From contig JBGZAX010000010.1 of assembly GCA_041844335.1 (NCBI GenBank), positions 1 to 38,765 of the forward strand: a DNA stretch of 38,765 nt. The letters are read 5' to 3'. Of this stretch, positions 29,801 to 36,822 are shown one piece after another; position 1 is the first letter of the stretch; each line of letters begins with the position of its first letter. The position numbers and the translations under genes are program-made. This stretch comes from Lachnospiraceae bacterium (GTDB lineage: Bacteria; Bacillota; Clostridia; Lachnospirales; Lachnospiraceae). The notes beneath the pieces are model-generated. The model had not been told where the DNA came from and did not search any database. It saw nothing but the letters and a program-made list of their open reading frames with translations.

Positions 29801-31009
29801 TCAGTTTATTATCTTGCCTTCTCTTAACTTAGCCAGATCATCTTTGGAGTATCCGACTCTTGTTAATATTTCTTCCGTATGCTCGCCCAGCAACGGAGAC
29901 AGAACATATTCATCTCTTTCTCTTGTAGGGAACTGTACGGGGTTCGTAAACATTGTCCTTTCGTTGCCGTTTCTGTACTTGATTTTAATCAAGAAATCAT
30001 TTGCCCAGCATTGCTCGTCATTTAAGATGTCAACAGGCGTCTGCAACTTCTCGAACGGTATTCCCGCCTTCTGAAGTCTTTCACACCACTCGTCAATAGG
30101 TTTTTTAGCAAATTCTTTTTCCATCATATCAACGAATTCCGGGATGTATTGAACAACACTCTTCATTGTGCTGTATTTGGAGTCCTTAAGATCAGGACGT
30201 TCAATTACGATATCGCAGAATCCCGGGAACCACTTGTCATACTGGAAGAATGCTATTTGCAGCCAGTTGCCGTCAGCGCACTTGTATGTTGTGTTTAACG
30301 GATTTGGAGGGTTCTTTCTGGTTATAGGCATATTGTATCCGTACTGAGCCGCATTTACATATAGACCCAATCCGAATACTGCTGTATGGAACAGTGATAC
30401 TGTAACCTTTTCTCCCTCACCTGTCTTATCTCTGTTGTATAAAGCCGCTAAAATTCCGGAAACAAGGTTCATTCCTGCATAATGATCGCCTAATGCCGCT
30501 GCCGAGTTACAAGGAGATGTGCCTTCTTCCATAAGGCTTGCCGCTACACCGCCACGCGCAAAGTATGCTGTGTAGTCAAACGCCGGATTGTCCTTTGCCG
30601 GTCCCTTTTCACCGTATCCCAAAAGGTGAGCATAAACAACCTTAGGTACTCTCTTATGAACACTTTCATAATCAAGTCCGCTCTTTACTAGAGCCTTCTC
30701 ACGAGTGTTGGTAATAAAAATATCAGCGTCCTCTAACAACTTGAAGATGATTTCAACACCCTCTTTAGTTCTAGTATCAACCACTATACCTTTCTTTCCG
30801 GAGTTTTCCATTTCAAATAACGGACACTCGTCTGATCCTGTAGGGAATTTCCACTGTAAGCCCACCATGCGGGTAGTATCACCCTCCGCCGGTTCAATCT
30901 TAATAACCTCGGCGCCCCAGTCTGCAAGAACTCTGCCGCTTATAGGTGCAGCAACAAAGTTAGCGTACTCCACTACCTTAAGGCCTTCTAATAACTTGCG
31001 TTTTTCCAT
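29801..31009 (-). CDS. Family III CoA-transferase (HadA/FldA-like 2-hydroxyacid CoA-transferase)
   Basis: LKVVEYANFVAAPISGRVLADWGAEVIKIE N-terminus, 402 aa. First gene of the dehydratase operon, as in the C. difficile hadAIBC and C. sporogenes fldAIBC clusters. Confidence 0.85.
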   Translation of the reverse strand: MEKRKLLEGLKVVEYANFVAAPISGRVLADWGAEVIKIEPAEGDTTRMVGLQWKFPTGSDECPLFEMENSGKKGIVVDTRTKEGVEIIFKLLEDADIFITNTREKALVKSGLDYESVHKRVPKVVYAHLLGYGEKGPAKDNPAFDYTAYFARGGVAASLMEEGTSPCNSAAALGDHYAGMNLVSGILAALYNRDKTGEGEKVTVSLFHTAVFGLGLYVNAAQYGYNMPITRKNPPNPLNTTYKCADGNWLQIAFFQYDKWFPGFCDIVIERPDLKDSKYSTMKSVVQYIPEFVDMMEKEFAKKPIDEWCERLQKAGIPFEKLQTPVDILNDEQCWANDFLIKIKYRNGNERTMFTNPVQFPTRERDEYVLSPLLGEHTEEILTRVGYSKDDLAKLREGKIIN

Positions 31010-31081
31010 TTCTTACCTCCTAATTTAGATTCTCTTTTTATATTCGCTATCTATATTCACACAAACAGCTTAGCAATTTCA

Positions 31082-31110
31082 TTATAAACCAACGACATTA
31101 AATTGTCAAT
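31082..31110 (-). promoter_or_regulatory. Consensus sigma-70 promoter of the dehydratase operon
   Basis: The minus strand reads TTGACA, exactly 17 nt, TATAAT. It lies ~70 nt upstream of the ATG at 31009. Confidence 0.6.
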
Positions 31111-31291
31111 ATTTTATGCAAAATAACTAATGCTTTGTATTTAATTATATACCTTAAAAGCAATTATAACTATCCGTTTTTCTATATTTATAATATTTTT
31201 TCTGCATATTATGGTACTTTTTACAATTTTAAATATTTTTTATTTTTGAAGAAATTCTTCTCAATTATTTTTTGCCGTTATGTCTTTAGGC

Positions 31292-31894
31292 TCAATCTAA
31301 TTTCCTATAACTGTCTTTCTTTTTATAATCCTTATTCATATTTATTACAGTAATATTTTCAAATACCACCTGATCCAAGTTTTCGGAACCGTCAAATTCG
31401 AAATCATCGAAGCCGCAGTTTATAAATTTTACATTATCAAATTTACATTCTAAAAATGTACATTCTATAAATTTAATATTTTCAAACACGACATTGCTGA
31501 AAACAGATTCATCAAAATAGCCTCTGAAAATCTCGGAATTGGAAATTTTCGTATCATAAAAGGCGGAATAACAGTACTCGGTTCTGAATGAATCTATATT
31601 CTCAATATTGGTAGATTTAAAAGTTGTATATTCACATTTTCCCTTTCTAAAGGTATTGTTCTTAAATATACAGTTATTAAATTCGCTTCCGTCTAAGCCT
31701 GCTAAGCTTAAATATACATCCGTAAAATCGCAATCGTTGAATATGACGTCATAAAATTCAGCACCGTTTAAATCATAGCCCGTAAATATAATATTGTCCA
31801 GCGTAACATCCTCATATAACAGCTTAAAAGACGGTTCTATTCCTCCAAGCACACTATCCGTATGTTTCTGCAGATCTTTATATATATCATCCAT
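31292..31894 (-). CDS. Pentapeptide-repeat protein (candidate immunity protein, copy B)
   Basis: About 28 consecutive pentads with Phe/Leu/Ile at the central position (DVIFN DCDFT DVYLS LAGLD GSEFN NCIFK ...). Strong RBS AGAGGAGG. No signal peptide. Confidence 0.8.
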   Translation of the reverse strand: MDDIYKDLQKHTDSVLGGIEPSFKLLYEDVTLDNIIFTGYDLNGAEFYDVIFNDCDFTDVYLSLAGLDGSEFNNCIFKNNTFRKGKCEYTTFKSTNIENIDSFRTEYCYSAFYDTKISNSEIFRGYFDESVFSNVVFENIKFIECTFLECKFDNVKFINCGFDDFEFDGSENLDQVVFENITVINMNKDYKKKDSYRKLD

Positions 31895-31922
31895 TTATTT
31901 TAACCTCCTCTATATTTTATTG

Positions 31923-32759
31923 TCATATAATTATCCTATCATCCATAAGGTTAAGCTTTTTAAGCTCCTTTATAAGCTCATCTGCATCCTTATCGGTCAT
32001 ATAGGTTTTATCAATTATGACGTTTTCTCCCTTATTCAATGTTCTTTTTATGCTTTTAACGGCATTTTCAAGGGTATACCCTCTCTTCCTTTTAACACTT
32101 GAATTAAATGATTTATTATCTTCGCTTTGCTCCTGCTTCGACAAATTAACGTCAATAGGTTCTTGAGTTTGACTGTCTTCCAATTTCCTATAACTTTTCT
32201 CCATATTTATAATATTTACATTCTCAAACACCACCTTATCCAAGCCCTCGGAATTGCCGAATCTAAATTTGTCAAAACTGCAATTTATAAACTTCACATT
32301 GTCAAACTTACAATCTTCAAACGATAATTCAATAAATTTAACATTTTCAAACACAACATTGCTGAAAATACCTTCATCAAAATAGCCTCTAAAAATCTTG
32401 GAATTGGAAATTTTTGTATCATAGAATTCAGAACGCCAATATTCAGTTTTGAATGAATCCAATCTGTCAATAGTAGTCGATCTGAAAATTGCAGAATCGC
32501 ACTCACCCTTTCTAAAGATATTGTTCTTAAATATACAGTTATTAAATTTGCTTCCATTTAAACAGGCTAAGCTTAAATAGACGTCAGTAAAGTCGCAATC
32601 GTTGAATATAACGTCATAAAATTCAGCGCCGTTTAAATCATAGCCAGTAAATACAATATTGTCCAGCGTAACACCCACATATAACAGCTTAAAAGACGTT
32701 TTTATTCTTCCAAATGTCTTATCAGTGTATTTTTGCAGATCTTTATATATATCATTCAT
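31923..32759 (-). CDS. Pentapeptide-repeat protein (candidate immunity protein, copy A) fused to a copy of the upstream toxin's C-terminal ~50 residues
   Basis: Residues 1-193 are a close match to the 200-aa neighbour. Residues 227-278 (GYTLENAVKSIKRTLNKGENVIIDKTYMTDKDADELIKELKKLNLMDDRIII) align with the last 52 residues of the 32782..34860 protein. Confidence 0.8.
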   Translation of the reverse strand: MNDIYKDLQKYTDKTFGRIKTSFKLLYVGVTLDNIVFTGYDLNGAEFYDVIFNDCDFTDVYLSLACLNGSKFNNCIFKNNIFRKGECDSAIFRSTTIDRLDSFKTEYWRSEFYDTKISNSKIFRGYFDEGIFSNVVFENVKFIELSFEDCKFDNVKFINCSFDKFRFGNSEGLDKVVFENVNIINMEKSYRKLEDSQTQEPIDVNLSKQEQSEDNKSFNSSVKRKRGYTLENAVKSIKRTLNKGENVIIDKTYMTDKDADELIKELKKLNLMDDRIII

Positions 32760-32781
32760 TTATTTTAACCTCCGCTATATT

Positions 32782-34860
32782 TTACGGCCATACAATTATC
32801 CTATCCATAAGGTTAAGCCTTTTAAGCTCCCCTATAAGCTCCTCCGCATGCTCCGGTATCAAATATGTGGTATCAAGTATAATATTCTCTCCGTTCATCA
32901 ACGATTTATTTATGTTGCGCATAGATTTCTGAAGGTTATACTTCCCATCTGGTCCTGGAGGGTTTGAACGAAATGATTTCACATCCCAGGACTTCCCGTT
33001 CGCATCCATAAAATCTCCGTCCCCTGATAAATCACGAGTGATAGGACCTTTAATTTTCCCGCTTTCTTCCACTTTTAAACCTACCTCACGCTCATAATTG
33101 CCCTTATAAATATCAGAATCTCGTTTAGATTTATTATGTGAGGGATCTTTAGCCAATTCATCCAGCTCCTCTCGAGTTCTTCCACCGGTATAGTTACCGT
33201 CGGAGTCATACAGATTCTTGTTACGTGAATTCGGGGTAGCTTTATTGCCCTTTTTCACATCTCTCAGCGTATCGCCAGATTTTGCCCTGTCGGTAGTCTT
33301 TCTTATGTCTCCGATACTATCCGATATCCCGCTTTTTTTAGCTTTTTTAATAGATTTTTTAGCAGTATTTTCTATCATATCATCGGCATTTTTTATGCCG
33401 ATTTCTCCGACGTTCGTCAATACCTTGGGTATTTTTTTAGGTAAAACCAGATTATCTAATGATTTGATTCCCCTTTTTATCAGCTTCGCGGCAGGCTTTG
33501 CCAAATCTGCCGCTTTATCCGCATATTTTACCACGCCTGCCACAGGCAACACACCTAATGCGGTTATAGCTACTTTAGCGACATGCTGTCGGCTATTCTT
33601 CCAATTGGTAATACCGTGCACCAGATCTCTTACATCCGCCGGCAGATCTATACCGAAAATACCCGTCGCAATCTGGGAAGCCGATCCGAGGGCGGTTTGG
33701 TTCTCAGTATAATCTCCCGCTATCAGGTTATCAAGGCTTCTTTCAATATAATTCGCTTCGCCGCTGTTTAAATATTTTCTGTAACTCTTATCAAAAATAA
33801 TTCTGGCTATTCTTTCCTCTGTGGACATAGCGGAATATTGCAGCTTTCCGTAAAGCTTATTCACTTTTTCCTTTTTCTCAGACACTTTCAGATTTTTATT
33901 GTCATTTTTTCCGGCATCGGTCTTTTTTAAACCTGGTCCGTTTTTCTTAAATTCCGTTTTCCTATCCTTATATTTTACATCCTGAGTTTTGTAGCGTTTA
34001 GCCCTATTCTCCGATTTAGTAACCGCCTTCTTTTTTGAAACTGACTTGTTTTTTTGAACCGAGCTTTCTGTATTTGAACTCCTATCTTTTAAATTATAAG
34101 TTTGGTTGGACTGAGACTGCACATCTGTATTCACGACAGGAGCATAGGTATAATTACCCTTACCCGTTTGAATGATTTTTCCGCGATTTTTCAGATAGCT
34201 GTCCAAATTTCTTAAAGAATTTGTATTATAATTTTTGTTTAAATTTATAACTGTCTTGTCCGAAGCCTTATCAGTCTGACTATAACCTATAGTCACTCTA
34301 TCATAAGCTGCTGACGTGTTATCAGCTGTCCTATCCCTGACAATATCGGTCGACTTTTCGCTTACAGCCGTCCTATCCCTGACAGTATCGGTCGGTTTTC
34401 TGTTCACAGCTTTTCTGTCATAACTCTCATCATTATGCCTTGTAGTTTCAGCCGCCCTGTCCGGAACCTTATTTGTCAGCCTTGAGCTGACATAAGTATC
34501 CCTATTCGGAGCCTTACCCTCAGTCCTTGATGATGCACTGTTTTTTACAGTATCATCTCTCTTGACATACTTGTCGACATTCGGCTTGCGTACGGGATTC
34601 GGTTTGTGTACTGGTTTCTTTTTTATATTTTCCGTTTTAGTTTTGGTCACGGGTTTTATGCTCTTAGAAACGTTTTTACCCGGTGACACATTTTTGCCGC
34701 TCGTACTGCTCTTAGACGTGCTTGATGCTCCGCTTTTCGATGACGAACCGCTCTTCGATGATGAAACACTTCTTGATGAACTGCTTCTTGACGGGCTGCT
34801 GCTCGTACTTCTATAAGAACGAGTGCCCCCTCCGCTTGATCTTGATATTCTTCTCGCCAT
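32782..34860 (-). CDS. Polymorphic-toxin-like protein: disordered Ser/Lys-rich N-terminus, PT-TG-like core, C-terminal PD-(D/E)xK-like putative nuclease domain
   Basis: Start set at the ATG at 34860 (MARRISRSS) with a GGAGGG RBS. No signal peptide, LXG, RHS or cell-wall anchor seen. The C-terminus reads GGRTREELDELAKDPSH...YEREVGLKVEESGKIKGPITRDLSGDGDFMDANGKSWDVKS. The functional call is inferred from motifs and context only. Confidence 0.6.
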   Translation of the reverse strand: MARRISRSSGGGTRSYRSTSSSPSRSSSSRSVSSSKSGSSSKSGASSTSKSSTSGKNVSPGKNVSKSIKPVTKTKTENIKKKPVHKPNPVRKPNVDKYVKRDDTVKNSASSRTEGKAPNRDTYVSSRLTNKVPDRAAETTRHNDESYDRKAVNRKPTDTVRDRTAVSEKSTDIVRDRTADNTSAAYDRVTIGYSQTDKASDKTVINLNKNYNTNSLRNLDSYLKNRGKIIQTGKGNYTYAPVVNTDVQSQSNQTYNLKDRSSNTESSVQKNKSVSKKKAVTKSENRAKRYKTQDVKYKDRKTEFKKNGPGLKKTDAGKNDNKNLKVSEKKEKVNKLYGKLQYSAMSTEERIARIIFDKSYRKYLNSGEANYIERSLDNLIAGDYTENQTALGSASQIATGIFGIDLPADVRDLVHGITNWKNSRQHVAKVAITALGVLPVAGVVKYADKAADLAKPAAKLIKRGIKSLDNLVLPKKIPKVLTNVGEIGIKNADDMIENTAKKSIKKAKKSGISDSIGDIRKTTDRAKSGDTLRDVKKGNKATPNSRNKNLYDSDGNYTGGRTREELDELAKDPSHNKSKRDSDIYKGNYEREVGLKVEESGKIKGPITRDLSGDGDFMDANGKSWDVKSFRSNPPGPDGKYNLQKSMRNINKSLMNGENIILDTTYLIPEHAEELIGELKRLNLMDRIIVWP

Positions 34861-34929
34861 TTCTACCCTCCAAAATGATAAACAAAACAACAGGTTAGAT
34901 TCGTTAAAAATATATCTATCTTTCGTTAA

Positions 34930-34958
34930 AATATATATTTATTTCGTTTGATTGTCAA
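34930..34958 (-). promoter_or_regulatory. Possible promoter of the toxin-like gene
   Basis: The minus strand reads TTGACA, 17 nt, TATATT. It is followed by two direct repeats of TTCGTTAAAA(A)TATAT (plus-strand reading) before the RBS. Confidence 0.35.
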
Positions 34959-35079
34959 GTATTTATCATAAAATATAATAAATTTTTTCATCGGTATAAC
35001 AACAGATTTATATACAGAATCAAGCTTTTACAGCTAAAATAAAGAACCGCTCCCTACATTCAAATGTTTTTCACGATTT

Positions 35080-36822
35080 TTATAAAATATCCGACAGCTT
35101 AAAGGAGTTATGCTCCGTGTGCAGCAAAATATGCGCCTTGTGTGATGCCGGCTCTTCAAAAAAGCTGTCGTACAGATTCTTTATATCAGGGTTCTCGTGA
35201 GAGCATCTGATCTCCAGGCTTTCATCCAATGCATAGAGCATCCTGCCTCTGTCAAATGCCATCTCCAAGCCGTCATGAATCACCTGTCCTCCGCCACCCA
35301 CACAGCCGCCGGGACAAGCCATAACCTCCACGAAATCGAAATGCTCCTTTCCGCTTTCAATAGCCTTCATAAGTTTTCTTGTATTTCCTAAACCGCTCAC
35401 AACGGCTATCTTTACCGTTTCACTGTTAAGCACAAAATTCGCTCTTACAATACCGTCATTACCGTCTGTCTCTCTTACAGCCTCAAATGCGTTTGGCGGA
35501 GGGTTTTTGCCCATAATCTTAAAATATGCGGTGCGAAGAGCAGCCTCCATTACACCGCCCGTGACTCCGAAAATCACTCCGGCTCCCGAATAATCATGGA
35601 AAAGCCTGTCAGGCTCTATATCCCTTAAAATGCTCGGCTTAATATGAGAGGCTCTTACAAGCCTTACAAATTCTCTTGTCGTTATTACACAATCAGTTTC
35701 GTGACCCGCATATTCCTTATAATAAAGATCCATTTCCTCCTCGGATTTTTTTGCAATACAGGGCATTATCGCCACCGTATATATATCCTCGGGTTTCTTC
35801 CCTATGCTTTCTGCAAAATAGGTTTTAATCACTGCCCCGAACATCTGCATAGGAGATTTTGCAGTGGACAGTCTTCCGGTCAAATGCGGATACTGTGTTT
35901 TCATAAATCTCACCCAAGCAGGACAGCAGGATGTAAACATCGGCATATATTTAAGCTCCCCTGATGTATACCTCCGAATGAACTCGTGCGCCTCCTCCAT
36001 TATCGTTAAATCTGCGGAAAATGAGGTATCAAACACATAATCGGCTCCCATTTTCTTTAAAGCGTCAAAAACCTTTCCTATAGTGGACTCCTCCTTACTG
36101 AGCCCAAGCCCCTCTGCGTAAGAGGTTCTGACGGCGGGAGCGACCTGCACGACCACAGTTTTATTCTTATCCGCTATCGCTCTGAAAAAGCTTTCAGTAT
36201 CGTCCCTTTCCTTTAACGCACCCACAGGACAATGAGTAATACATTGACCGCATAAAGAACAGTCGGCATCCTTTATTAACCTGTTTTTCGACACATTAAC
36301 AGTGGTTCTTGCACCCGTTCCCTCAAGCGCCCACACATTTAAATCCTGAATCTTATCACAGATTTGTATACATCTGATACACTTTATACATTTTTTAGAG
36401 TCACGAATCAGCGGAAAATTTTTATCCCAAGCTCTGTTTTCCAGTCTTTCAAAATAGGGTATCTCCTGAATATTAAGATCATTTGCCAACTTTTGCAATG
36501 AGCAGCTTCCACTTCTTACACAGGTGGCACATCTGCAATCATGCATAGATAAAATCATCTGCACCGTCCTTTTTCTGTCGAGACGAACCTTGGGAGAATC
36601 GGTGTAAATCACCATTCCCTCCTCCACCTCATTATTGCACGAAGTGATAAGCCTGTTTTTTCCCTCCATCTCAACCACGCAGACCCTACATGCCGCAATC
36701 TCGTTTATATTCTTAAGAAAACACAGCCTGGGAATGGGCAGCCCGACATCTAATGCCGCCTCCATTATGCTTGTGCCCTCTTTAACCGTAACATCAATAT
36801 TATCAATAGTTAAATTTACCAT
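35080..36822 (-). CDS. hydA: [FeFe] hydrogenase catalytic subunit, CpI-like M3 architecture
   Basis: N-terminal 2Fe-2S fold, His-ligated cluster motif (HDCRCATCVRSGSC), and two 4Fe-4S motifs (CIKCIRCIQIC, CSLCGQCITHCP). H-cluster signatures FTSCCPAW, IMPCIAKK and EVMACPGGCVGGGGQ. Confidence 0.93.
   Translation of the reverse strand: MVNLTIDNIDVTVKEGTSIMEAALDVGLPIPRLCFLKNINEIAACRVCVVEMEGKNRLITSCNNEVEEGMVIYTDSPKVRLDRKRTVQMILSMHDCRCATCVRSGSCSLQKLANDLNIQEIPYFERLENRAWDKNFPLIRDSKKCIKCIRCIQICDKIQDLNVWALEGTGARTTVNVSKNRLIKDADCSLCGQCITHCPVGALKERDDTESFFRAIADKNKTVVVQVAPAVRTSYAEGLGLSKEESTIGKVFDALKKMGADYVFDTSFSADLTIMEEAHEFIRRYTSGELKYMPMFTSCCPAWVRFMKTQYPHLTGRLSTAKSPMQMFGAVIKTYFAESIGKKPEDIYTVAIMPCIAKKSEEEMDLYYKEYAGHETDCVITTREFVRLVRASHIKPSILRDIEPDRLFHDYSGAGVIFGVTGGVMEAALRTAYFKIMGKNPPPNAFEAVRETDGNDGIVRANFVLNSETVKIAVVSGLGNTRKLMKAIESGKEHFDFVEVMACPGGCVGGGGQVIHDGLEMAFDRGRMLYALDESLEIRCSHENPDIKNLYDSFFEEPASHKAHILLHTEHNSFKLSDIL

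Noticed and set aside
31135-31353. A 72-aa ORF in the AT-rich spacer between the pentapeptide gene and the dehydratase operon
   Set aside because: The Tyr/Phe/Asn/Ile composition is typical of translated AT-rich non-coding DNA. It overlaps the 3' end of a well-supported gene, has no RBS, and the region contains the operon promoter.
33218-33712. A 164-aa hydrophobic plus-strand ORF antisense to the toxin-like gene, considered as a hidden membrane immunity gene
   Set aside because: It has a TTG start and no Shine-Dalgarno sequence. Its Phe/Leu richness mirrors the Lys/Glu-rich sense strand (AAA/GAA read as TTT/TTC). The pentapeptide genes already occupy the immunity position.
31010-35079. Searched the flanks of the toxin island for an integrase, transposase, tRNA attachment site or long terminal inverted or direct repeats
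   Set aside because: I found none by eye. I therefore do not call the island a mobile element, only a small accessory-looking insertion. A compositional or comparative analysis would be needed.
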